DNA of 37,748 bases from Vulcanimicrobiota bacterium (lineage in GTDB: Bacteria > Vulcanimicrobiota > Xenobia > Xenobiales > JADMJV01). A program made the translations under genes and the position numbers. Below are positions 9,178 to 17,627 of this stretch, one piece after another; position 1 is the stretch's first letter; each line of letters opens with the position of its first letter. The notes below the pieces were generated by a model. That model searched no databases and was not told the origin of the DNA. It saw only the letters and a program-made list of their open reading frames with translations. The stretch covers positions 1 to 37,748 of the forward strand of contig JALHOV010000003.1 of assembly GCA_022842865.1 (NCBI GenBank), given 5' to 3'.

Positions 9178-9695
9178 CGCGGGGTGCGGTAGGACTGGCG
9201 GAAGGTTCCGAACTGTAAGCACACCTTCTGGGCGACATAATCCGGCATGGCCAGGAATTTGCCGTGAAAGCAGTGCTCCCACTGGCGGGAGATCCAAAAT
9301 CCGCCCGGGGCGCGCAGACCGATGTCGTTGGCCCAGGTGGGCGGTTCGCCGGGCACGAAAACCGAGTGAGGCACCACCGTGAATTGGGCGAACACGAACT
9401 CGTTCCAGTTGGCTTTGACCAGTGTGTGCGGCAGGCGCAGGTTGTCTTTGCAATTCATCTTGGGCAGCACGATCTGTTCCCGTTCCCAGAGCACCCGACG
9501 GTGGCGTCCGAAGGCCGTCACGATGGGCGGTTCCGTCTCGGCGCTGACCAGCGGCACCAACAGATCGCGCCCGATCTCTACAACCATCGGAGCGACGTGA
9601 GCGTCGATCCAGGGCTGGGAGGGGGGAGTGCGCTTGAGGAGGTCCTGGTGCCACAGGTCGAGCACCAGGGAGCGACTTTCCGAATACAAATCCAT
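9174..9695 (-). CDS. hypothetical protein (173 aa)
   Basis: ATG-started ORF with protein-like composition. Its stop overlaps the MCO stop. No motif recognised. Confidence 0.6.
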   Translation of the reverse strand: MDLYSESRSLVLDLWHQDLLKRTPPSQPWIDAHVAPMVVEIGRDLLVPLVSAETEPPIVTAFGRHRRVLWEREQIVLPKMNCKDNLRLPHTLVKANWNEFVFAQFTVVPHSVFVPGEPPTWANDIGLRAPGGFWISRQWEHCFHGKFLAMPDYVAQKVCLQFGTFRQSYRTPR

Positions 9696-9775
9696 GGGCC
9701 CAGTCTAGCAAAGCCCCCTGGCGGTGAGGTATGACTCACGTCCCTGTTTTTTGAGCTGCCGCCGGCCCGGACGGG

Positions 9776-9977
9776 TCAGTCGAGCTTCTCGCGCCTTAGG
9801 CCCTCGAGCTCAGCAACGGCTTCAAGATCTTTAGGTCGCCCTGCCGCTCGCTTCACCCTGATAAGTGTGGGCAGATCCAGGCAGAGGCAGCGAGCCCGAA
9901 AAGTTTTTCAGGACTGCATTCGTAAACAAGACGCCGTGACCATGGAGCGTCCCGAGGAGACCGGCGAAATCAACCAT
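9776..9977 (-). pseudogene. internally deleted nucleotidyltransferase-family gene remnant
   Basis: Manual translation gives an N-terminal MVDFAGLLGTLHGHGVLF and, in another frame, a C-terminal RCLCLDLPTLIRVKRAAGRPKDLEAVAELEGLRREKLD*. The catalytic middle is missing. Confidence 0.65.
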
Positions 9978-10134
9978 CCGCTCTGGCGGCCCTCTGCAAT
10001 TCTTCAGCGAATTTCTGCAGGTTCATGAGGTTGACCAGTCGCTGCTCGGGGGTCAGCTTCAAATTTTTCCTTAACAAAGTCAGGTCGACATCTTTCAGGT
10101 AGAGTTCAATTACTTCATCGCTCATCGTTGGCAT
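9970..10134 (-). CDS. small (54 aa) antitoxin-like partner of the nucleotidyltransferase
   Basis: Below the ORF-track cutoff. Reads MPTMSDEVIELYLKDVDLTLLRKNLKLTPEQRLVNLMNLQKFAEELQRAARADG. Its stop overlaps the next ATG. Confidence 0.7.
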   Translation of the reverse strand: MPTMSDEVIELYLKDVDLTLLRKNLKLTPEQRLVNLMNLQKFAEELQRAARADG

Positions 10135-10207
10135 TTCCACCCTGCACCCAGTGGATCCCCCGAGCGCAGGTTTTGAACCGCCGACGTCCCGGTCGGGTAG
10201 AAGCTTT

Positions 10208-10859
10208 ATGCTCGCCCTTTCGATCCACTTTCCCCGGCCACGCTCTTCCTTCCGTCACCGCCAGCTGGGTCCGCTGCTGCTAAGCCTTTTGCTGCTCCTG
10301 CCCGCCCAGGCCCGGCGCCAAGGACCAGACACCGCCTGTCAGAGCACCCTTAACAATCTGGCCGCCGCCCTGGAGGAATGGTCCAGCGACCACCGCGGGC
10401 GGCATTCACCACGTCGCTGTCTTTGGCGGGCCGAACTTGCCTGCTTACACAGCCGACGGCGGACTGGTCTCCTGGGGCGCCAATCTTAAGCCTCCCGCCC
10501 AATGTGAGGGCCCCTTGCGCGAGGTGGCCCAGGCCCTCGAGGCCTATCGGCGCAAATGGGGGTTCTATCCCCGGGCCTTGTGGCAACTGCAGCCGCACTA
10601 TCTGGCCGGCAATGGGCGAGTCAGTTGTCCCATGGAGGCACATCTGGCCTGGGATCTGACCTATTTTGAACCCGGTTGGAGTCCGGAAGACGGTTTGACA
10701 CACCGTATTCTTCGAGCAGACAGGCCGGCCCCACGTCCTGTGCCCGAGAACGATGCGCCTCTGGCCTGGACGCTGAGCTTGCTGGTCCTTCAAGGCCAGC
10801 AGATCCCCTTCCCGGGCTGCGTCGCGGGCCGGCACCGAGGTTCCTTGGAGCACGGCTAG
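10208..10859 (+). pseudogene. frameshifted or deleted secreted protein with two pseudopilin(GspG)-like repeats
   Basis: Signal-like LLLSLLLLLPAQA, then ACQSTLNNLAAALEEWSSDHRGR. The frame changes at about 10400 to HHVAVFGGPNLPAYTADGGL..CEGPLREVAQALEAYRRKWGFYPRALWQLQPHYL..CP. Confidence 0.5.
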
Positions 10860-10882
10860 CCTGAGGCAGGAGCGGGGCGGGA

Positions 10883-11884
10883 TTGGCGAAACCGGCGTGG
10901 GTGCACAAGCTGAAGAAATGGGCAGGGGCCTTCTTCTGGGGAGGCGCCACCTGGTTGGCCTTCTTGCCCCTGCTCTGGCAATGGGCCGGCGAACGTAACT
11001 GGTTCCTGATTCTGTGCCAGTACGCTCCGCCGGCTCTCTATTTCCTGGCCTGGCTCAAGCTGGCCGGCCTGGCCGCCTTGGCCCGACCTCGACGCGCCTG
11101 GCTGGGTTTGTTACCGCCCTTGCTCTGGCTCGTGCTGGTCTTGCTACCCTTTCGCACCCATCGCCCCGAAACGGGCGACTTCAGCGTGTTGTGCTGGAAC
11201 ATTCAGGCCGGTCTGAGCGGACCGGAGAAAATCGCGGGCATCCTGGCCGAGCAGAAGGTCGACGTCATCGCTCTCCAAGAGGCCCGCATCCCCTCGGCGC
11301 AGCCGGGTGGGGTCGATCCGGTTCCGGCCCTCCTGACCGCCTTAAAATGCCAGGTGGCCCGCGGGGGGGAGCGGGGCGAACTGGTGATTCTCAGTTCGCT
11401 GACGATGCAGAGTCAGCGGCTGCACAACCTGGGGGGTTTGAGCCAGGCGCTGGACGTGCCCTTGGAGCACAAGGGCAAGGTGATTCATGTGCTCGACGTC
11501 CATTTGAGGACCGGCGACCCACAAGGCCTCTTGAGAGCAGAGCCCGCCGTGAGTCGGCGGCGCGTCCAGGTCTCGGCCGCCACCCGGCGTGTCCAGGCCG
11601 ATTCTCTGGCCAGGGTCGTGCAAGAGATCAAGGAGCCGGTGGTGCTGTTGGGGGACTTCAATTCGCCACCCAGTTCCATCGCCTACCGGACCCTGAGCGG
11701 GCAGTTGACCGATACCTTTGCTCAGGCCGGCTGGGGCTGGGGCCTGAGCTTTCCGGCTAACCATCCCTTCTGGCGCATCGACTACATCTGGTGCAAAGGG
11801 CTGACTCCGGTCGGCTGTCAGGTCTTGAACTTGCCGGCTTCTGACCACCGCGCTCTGCTCTGCCACTTCAAGGTGGTCCCCTGA
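10883..11884 (+). CDS. membrane-anchored endonuclease/exonuclease/phosphatase (EEP) family protein
   Basis: Three N-terminal TM segments, then WNI, LQE, VHL, GDFN, RIDYI and SDH motifs. Confidence 0.92.
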   Translation: MAKPAWVHKLKKWAGAFFWGGATWLAFLPLLWQWAGERNWFLILCQYAPPALYFLAWLKLAGLAALARPRRAWLGLLPPLLWLVLVLLPFRTHRPETGDFSVLCWNIQAGLSGPEKIAGILAEQKVDVIALQEARIPSAQPGGVDPVPALLTALKCQVARGGERGELVILSSLTMQSQRLHNLGGLSQALDVPLEHKGKVIHVLDVHLRTGDPQGLLRAEPAVSRRRVQVSAATRRVQADSLARVVQEIKEPVVLLGDFNSPPSSIAYRTLSGQLTDTFAQAGWGWGLSFPANHPFWRIDYIWCKGLTPVGCQVLNLPASDHRALLCHFKVVP

Positions 11885-11886
11885 AG

Positions 11887-12666
11887 TTGCTGCGCTGGGC
11901 CATCCAGAGCAACCTGGTCAATGCCGCTGATGTCGATAAGCTGCTGGACGCTTGCCGCCAGCATGGCCGCCCGGCTGTGACCTTCGAAACCATCCCCTTT
12001 TCCAATCAACCGCCCGCTCTTGATTTCGACCAGCCGACCGTTTTTTATGGGGCCACCGGTTGCATGAGCAACGTCTGGCAGGCTGGCACATGGAGTCCGG
12101 GCGTCTTTTTCGACCCCCAGCGGTTTTCGTTTCCCGAGTGGGCTCGGGCCTACCATGGCCACTGCCTGAACGGAGAAGCTCGGGAGATGACGCTGGCCTC
12201 GCTGGCCGCGGAGGAGCACCAACCGGAACGCCTCTTTTTCCTGCGTCCGATCCACGATGACAAGGCTTTCGCGGGCGAGGTCATGGCCTTCGCAGAGATC
12301 CGCAATTGGGTGGGGGAGTTGGACCAGACCGTACTGTCGCCCGACACGCCCATCCTGGTGGCCGAACCGGTGGGCATTTCCCACGAGTGGCGGCTGTTTC
12401 TGGTCGACGGAAAGGTCTCGACCGGCTCTCACTACCGCAGCCGACAGCGTTTGAATGTCTACGCCGGAATTCCCGACGAGGTGATTGAGTTCGCGGAAAA
12501 GCTGGCCCGTGTCTGGCAGCCGGCGCCCGTCTTCGTGCTGGATGTAGCCCGTTCGGGTGACCAGCTTTATGTGGTAGAAATCAACTGCTTTAATAGTTCC
12601 GGCTTTTACGCCAGTGATGTGGCCAAATTGGTCGGTGATGTGTCGAGGTATATAGATGGCGACTGA
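11887..12666 (+). CDS. ATP-grasp domain protein (R2K / DUF4343-like)
   Basis: FFLRPIHDDKAFAG, EWRLFLVDGKV, FVLDVA and VVEINCFNSSGFY. Confidence 0.8.
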   Translation: MLRWAIQSNLVNAADVDKLLDACRQHGRPAVTFETIPFSNQPPALDFDQPTVFYGATGCMSNVWQAGTWSPGVFFDPQRFSFPEWARAYHGHCLNGEAREMTLASLAAEEHQPERLFFLRPIHDDKAFAGEVMAFAEIRNWVGELDQTVLSPDTPILVAEPVGISHEWRLFLVDGKVSTGSHYRSRQRLNVYAGIPDEVIEFAEKLARVWQPAPVFVLDVARSGDQLYVVEINCFNSSGFYASDVAKLVGDVSRYIDGD

Positions 12667-14224
12667 CGTGATGATCGTGGGGGCAGGACCGGTTGGTTTG
12701 ATGCTGGCCAATCAGCTGCAAAGACGGGGCATTCGCTACCGCCTTCTGGAGAGCCGTCCAGGCCGGGAATACTGGTGCAAGGCCCTGGGCGTCTCGCCCC
12801 GCACCCTCGAGATTTTTGACCAGATGGGCATTCTCAACGAAGCGCTGGCTCATGGACTTTTCTTCACCGCCTCCAACACGGTAGTGGATGGGAAGCGGGT
12901 GGCTCGCCAGGAGATTGCCCCCGATCGACATCCCTACAGTCCGATGGCCATGGGTCAGTTCGACACGGAAGAGATCCTGGAGCGGGATTTGCGTCGGCGA
13001 GGCGGCGGGGTCGAATGGTCAAGTCAAGTCAGCGCTTTTCAGCGCACCGTGAGCGGGGTGGAGGTGGAATGGACCTCACCGGCCGGCGTCCAGAAAGAAC
13101 TTTGCCGCTATCTGGTGGGATGCGACGGAGCCCATAGCCTGGTGCGCAAGTCTCTGGGCCTCACCTTCGAGGGGGAGAAATTCGACCAGCATTTTTTCCT
13201 GGGTGACGTCGAACTCGATTGGCAGCTGTCCCACAGCGAAGTTCACAAGTTCCTGGCGCTCGATGAAGAGGGCCAGTTGAAAAATGTGGTGGTGGTCGTG
13301 CCCATCCCCGGCAACGAGAAGCGCTTTCGTCTGAGCCTGGCCCTGCCTCCTCAACTGGCGGAAAACCCGCTGGAAGCGATGGAGATGCTGCGTGAGGTAT
13401 GTCTGCCGCTGCTGCCCGAAGGAACGAAGATCGACCATCTACGCTGGGCCTCGCACTACAGCATCAGCCACCGGCTGGCCAACAAGTATCGTGAAGGCAA
13501 TTGTTTCCTGGCTGGCGACGCCGCCCACATCCACCCTCCTATCGGAGGTCTGGGCATGAACACGGGCCTGCAAGACGCCTACAACCTGGGCTGGAAGCTG
13601 GCGGCCGTGGTTCGTGGTGAAGCGCTCGACGGATTGCTCGACACCTATCATCAGGAAAGGCATAAGGTCGGTCAGGCAGTGGTCGAGCTGACGGCCGGGC
13701 GGATGAAGGACGTGACGGCCCGGAAAGATCGCGATGAAGGAGCTGAGGAGCGCGCCAATACCCAGTTTTTCGTGAACTACCGGGAGGGCAGGCTGGCCCT
13801 GGGGTCGATTCCTGACGACGACGGAGGGGCCGCTCCCGGAGAGCGGCTGGATTACCTTCAGGGACTGCGTCGTCCAGGATTGGCGGCCAGCCTGCGCCTG
13901 ATCGAGTTTTTGCGTCACGGAGAGTTCCAGTTGATTGGTTACGGTGGCGATTGGCCTGAATTTGCGGCGCTGGCCGACCATTTGCGGGCGGCTTTTGGCA
14001 GTCAGATCTACTGTCTGGCTATCGCCGAACCGGACGGGTCGCAACCTCCCGAGTCGGTGGTATGTCTCCACGACGCCGAAGGCCAGGTGCGCCAGACCTG
14101 GGGTGATGGGCCGGGTGCCATCCTGATCCGGCCCGATGGTTATGTTGGCTGGCGGGGCCGCCCCACCCGCGATTTGGAACTCGACCGTTTCTTGGTTCAG
14201 GTCAGCATCGGCCTGAATCCCTAA
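12656..14224 (+). CDS. FAD-dependent monooxygenase (group A aromatic hydroxylase, PheA/TfdB-like)
   Basis: GAGPVG, GCDGAHS and LAGDAAHIHPPIGGLGMNTGLQDA, with C-terminal LIRPDGYVGWR. Confidence 0.93.
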   Translation: MATDVMIVGAGPVGLMLANQLQRRGIRYRLLESRPGREYWCKALGVSPRTLEIFDQMGILNEALAHGLFFTASNTVVDGKRVARQEIAPDRHPYSPMAMGQFDTEEILERDLRRRGGGVEWSSQVSAFQRTVSGVEVEWTSPAGVQKELCRYLVGCDGAHSLVRKSLGLTFEGEKFDQHFFLGDVELDWQLSHSEVHKFLALDEEGQLKNVVVVVPIPGNEKRFRLSLALPPQLAENPLEAMEMLREVCLPLLPEGTKIDHLRWASHYSISHRLANKYREGNCFLAGDAAHIHPPIGGLGMNTGLQDAYNLGWKLAAVVRGEALDGLLDTYHQERHKVGQAVVELTAGRMKDVTARKDRDEGAEERANTQFFVNYREGRLALGSIPDDDGGAAPGERLDYLQGLRRPGLAASLRLIEFLRHGEFQLIGYGGDWPEFAALADHLRAAFGSQIYCLAIAEPDGSQPPESVVCLHDAEGQVRQTWGDGPGAILIRPDGYVGWRGRPTRDLELDRFLVQVSIGLNP

Positions 14225-14302
14225 ATTTCTTTCAGACATTTTTCAGGTTTGCGAACTAACTTTCGATGAAAGATTGAGACGAATTCACGGAGGAAAGCAA
14301 AA

Positions 14303-14617
14303 ATGACTCGATTGGGCTTTTACCTGGGCCTCTACCTGGTCCCCGCCCTGCTCTGCCTGGTGCAGCCCGGACATTGGCTGGCTGCGGTAGCAACTGTAGG
14401 TTTTATTCCCGGGCTGTGGCGTAGCCTGCGCCGCGCCCAACGCCGAACCCGCCTGGACCTGAGCGAAATGGTGATGTTCAGTCTCACCACCGCCCTGGTG
14501 GCGGTGGTGGTGGCAAGCGTCTCCGCCGTGCTGGGCTGGGTCAGCCTGCCCTGTTGGACTCTGGTCGCTTTCGAGCAGACTCATCGGCGTGAGCGCCGCC
14601 GCCGCTTTGCATATTAA
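14303..14617 (+). CDS. small membrane protein
   Basis: GGAGG RBS, AT-rich upstream region and several hydrophobic segments. Confidence 0.65.
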   Translation: MTRLGFYLGLYLVPALLCLVQPGHWLAAVATVGFIPGLWRSLRRAQRRTRLDLSEMVMFSLTTALVAVVVASVSAVLGWVSLPCWTLVAFEQTHRRERRRRFAY

Positions 14618-14676
14618 TGGCAGGTCTGTCTCCTGGTAACGAGAAGTCGCCAGCAGCTTAAACTCTTGGAGGTCCC

Positions 14677-15216
14677 TTGTCTGAAGAAGTTGCCCCTGAC
14701 GCCGAAGTGTCCGCTCCTCCAGCTACTCCCCTCTCGATGGAGGAGCGAGTCGCTTACCTGGAAGCGCAAAACGAGGGCCTGAAGCGCGTGGGACTGTTGG
14801 GACTGGTGTTGGTGTTGATGTTGGGGGCTATCCTGGTGCACCAGACTTATAGTGACCTGCGCAGCAGCACCACTCGGGCGGTGACCCTGTTGAGTGATCA
14901 AGACCAGCTTTCGTCGGCCATCACGGTGGATGCGCAGGGGCGAACCCAGTTCCTCCAAGCACGTTATGGGACGATGGCTTCCGCCACGAATCTACCCGAC
15001 GGTTTTCGCGGTTATGCGTTCTACGACAGCGACGGCATGCCCCGCGTGATGATTGGCGAGACCACGGAAAAGCATACCGTCTTCCAGGTGTTGGATCCGG
15101 TGCGTGGCGTCTCCTTCGACCCCTTCGAGGACGTCAAAAGCGCGCCTCCGGCCAAACCCGCTCCGGACAAGGCTCCGGCGCCTCAAGGAAGTCCGAGCCC
15201 CCAACCCACGCCTTGA
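14677..15216 (+). CDS. hypothetical single-TM protein with Pro-rich tail
   Basis: GGAGG RBS before TTG, a short coiled coil followed by a TM helix. Its stop overlaps the xseA start. Confidence 0.75.
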   Translation: MSEEVAPDAEVSAPPATPLSMEERVAYLEAQNEGLKRVGLLGLVLVLMLGAILVHQTYSDLRSSTTRAVTLLSDQDQLSSAITVDAQGRTQFLQARYGTMASATNLPDGFRGYAFYDSDGMPRVMIGETTEKHTVFQVLDPVRGVSFDPFEDVKSAPPAKPAPDKAPAPQGSPSPQPTP

Positions 15217-16562
15217 TTCAAGCCCGTTCCGTCACTCAGTTGTTGGGGCAGTTGCGCACCCAGCTGAATCGGGATTTTCGGGAAGTCTGGGTGCGGGCCG
15301 AAGTGTCGCAGCTCTCCGCTTCTCCGCAAGGTCACCTCTATTTTACCCTCAAGGACCGTCAGGCTTTGGTGACCGCCGTGGTCTGGTCGAAGCAGCGCCA
15401 ACTGCTGGATTTCGCCCCTACTGAAGGCATGAACGTATTAGCCCAGGGAAGCCTGGTCGTCTACTCGCCTCGCGGTCAGCTGCAGTTCGTGGTGGAACAG
15501 TTGATCCCGGACGGCGTGGGCCAGTATTTCGTGGCTCTGGAGCAACTCAAGCAAAAGCTTATCCAGGAGGGCCTTTTCGAGGTCAGCCGCAAGCGTCCGC
15601 TTCCTTTCCTCCCCAGGCGGGTGGGAGTGGTCACCTCGCCGGAGGGCGCGGTTTGGCACGATATCCGCACCACCCTGGAACGCCGCAACCCGGGGGTGCA
15701 GCTGATTCTCTCGCCTTCCCCGGTGCAGGGTCCGCAAGCCACCGGCCGCCTGATTCGCGCCCTGACCCTTCTCACCCGAGCCAATGTGGACGTGGTCATC
15801 CTGGCGCGCGGCGGTGGTTCCTGGGAAGACCTGATCGCCTTCAACAGTGAACCGTTGGTGCGCTTTCTGGCCACCTACCCCTTGCCCGTCATTGCGGCTA
15901 TCGGTCACGAAACCGATCTCAGCCTGGTTGACCAGGTGGCCGACCGGCGCGCCCCGACCCCCACTGCGGCGGCCGAGCTGGTGGCTCCCGAGCGCGAGCA
16001 ATTGTTAAGAGAACTGAATATGATTCAAGGACGCTTGCGCCAGGCGTTGCTGCAGCGAGTCCAACGCCAGCGCGAGATCCTGGATAGTTTAAGCCAGCGC
16101 CCCTGCTTTCTCGAGCCGGAACGCCTTTGGGAACAGCCGCGCCGGCTCCAGGAACAGCTGGAACAGGCTCTGCGCGAGGCTTTGCGGGCTCGTGCCGGCC
16201 TGGAACGGCAGCGCTGGCGTTCCCTCCAGGCCAAGCTGCAACCCCTGCAACTACAGGGCGTAGTTCAGTTGCAGCGCGAGCAACTGGCTAATTTAGGGGA
16301 AAAGTTGCGGGTCGCACTGCCTCGGACGCTGGATAGGAAAAGAGCTGAACTCCACGAGCAGCGCCAAATGTTGCAGACACTCTCGCCTCAACGCGTGCTG
16401 GAACGTGGTTACGCCCTCTGTCTCGACGATCGGGGCCAGTTGGTGACCAGTGTCTCCGGCAGGAAAGACCATGACCAACTGGAAATCCGTCTCGCTGACG
16501 GCCGCATGGAGTGCGTCGTGGAGCAAGTTTTTCCGCAATCAGAGGATTCTTCTCGTGACTGA
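15213..16562 (+). CDS. xseA: exodeoxyribonuclease VII large subunit
   Basis: GHLYFTLKD, ARGGGSWEDL, AIGHETD, APTPTAAAE and LSPQRVLERGY. Confidence 0.97.
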   Translation: MIQARSVTQLLGQLRTQLNRDFREVWVRAEVSQLSASPQGHLYFTLKDRQALVTAVVWSKQRQLLDFAPTEGMNVLAQGSLVVYSPRGQLQFVVEQLIPDGVGQYFVALEQLKQKLIQEGLFEVSRKRPLPFLPRRVGVVTSPEGAVWHDIRTTLERRNPGVQLILSPSPVQGPQATGRLIRALTLLTRANVDVVILARGGGSWEDLIAFNSEPLVRFLATYPLPVIAAIGHETDLSLVDQVADRRAPTPTAAAELVAPEREQLLRELNMIQGRLRQALLQRVQRQREILDSLSQRPCFLEPERLWEQPRRLQEQLEQALREALRARAGLERQRWRSLQAKLQPLQLQGVVQLQREQLANLGEKLRVALPRTLDRKRAELHEQRQMLQTLSPQRVLERGYALCLDDRGQLVTSVSGRKDHDQLEIRLADGRMECVVEQVFPQSEDSSRD

Positions 16563-16764
16563 AACCAGCTATGAACAAGCATTGGACCAATTGCGCCGCA
16601 TTGTGCAACAGCTCGAATCCGGCCAGCAAGGCCTGGAGCAATCCCTACAACTTTTCGAACAAGGAATTGAACTGACGCGCTTTTGTGATGGCAAACTCGC
16701 CTCGGTGGAAGACCGGGTCAAGATTTTGCTCTCCCGCAATCAGAGCCAGGACCTGACCGCTTGA
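16555..16764 (+). CDS. xseB: exodeoxyribonuclease VII small subunit
   Basis: GTG start after GAGGA. SYEQALDQLRRIVQQLESG..LEQSLQLFEQG. Directly follows xseA. Confidence 0.95.
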   Translation: MTETSYEQALDQLRRIVQQLESGQQGLEQSLQLFEQGIELTRFCDGKLASVEDRVKILLSRNQSQDLTA

Positions 16765-17627
16765 GCCGGGCTTCCACCTTCAACCTCAAGGAATACCTGC
16801 AGGCCCGCGCTGAGGAAGTCGATCAGGCCCTGGAACGCTACCTTGCGCCCGATCCCCAAAGCCTGGGACCCATTGTGGAGGCCATGCGCTATTCGGTTTT
16901 CCCGGGCGGCAAGCGCTTTCGTCCCGTGCTGGCGCTGGCCAGCGCCGAAGCTCTAGGTTGCGACCGCCAGCGGGCCATGGCCATTGCCTGTGCCTTCGAG
17001 TTGATCCATTGTTTCTCGTTGGTGCACGATGACTTGCCCTGCATGGACAATGACGATGAGCGTCGCGGTCGGCCCACTAATCATAAGGTATACGGCGAGG
17101 ACGTAGGCCTTTTGGCCGGCGACGGCCTCTCTTTGTGGGCTTTTGAAGTGGCCATGCAGAGCCCTGACGACCTCTCGGCCGCCACGCTGCGCTCCCTGGT
17201 GCGGGAACTGGTAGCGGCTTCGGGCCATCCGGGCATGGTCGGCGGTCAGGTGATCGACCTGGCCGCTCAGAAAACCGGTCAGATCGACGGGCCTCAGCTC
17301 AAGAAAATTCATGCCGCCAAAACCGGCGCTCTCATTCGAGGCTCGGTTCGCTGCGGAGCCATCGTGGCCGGGGCCAGCGCCGAACAGCTGCGCCGGCTGA
17401 CCGTCTATGGCGAAAAGATCGGCCTGGTTTTCCAGATCACCGACGACATTCTCGATCACATGGAGGACCCGGAGGCGGTTAGCTATCCAGCCCTCTTCGG
17501 TTTGGAAGAGTCGCGCAAGATGGCCGCCGATGCCGTTCAGGAAGCCCTCACCAACCTGGAGACCTTTGGCGAGGCGGCCGAGCCGCTCAGAGCTCTGGCC
17601 ACTTACCTGCTCACTCGAACCACCTAG
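16761..17627 (+). CDS. ispA: polyprenyl (farnesyl/geranylgeranyl) diphosphate synthase
   Basis: GGKRFRP, first Asp-rich motif SLVHDDLPCMDNDDERRG, KTGAL and second Asp-rich motif FQITDDILD. Confidence 0.95.
   Translation: MSRASTFNLKEYLQARAEEVDQALERYLAPDPQSLGPIVEAMRYSVFPGGKRFRPVLALASAEALGCDRQRAMAIACAFELIHCFSLVHDDLPCMDNDDERRGRPTNHKVYGEDVGLLAGDGLSLWAFEVAMQSPDDLSAATLRSLVRELVAASGHPGMVGGQVIDLAAQKTGQIDGPQLKKIHAAKTGALIRGSVRCGAIVAGASAEQLRRLTVYGEKIGLVFQITDDILDHMEDPEAVSYPALFGLEESRKMAADAVQEALTNLETFGEAAEPLRALATYLLTRTT

Noticed and set aside
14259-14271. CTTTC-gat-GAAAG mini-palindrome after the monooxygenase
   Set aside because: The 5-bp arms in AT-rich DNA are too weak to call a terminator or operator.
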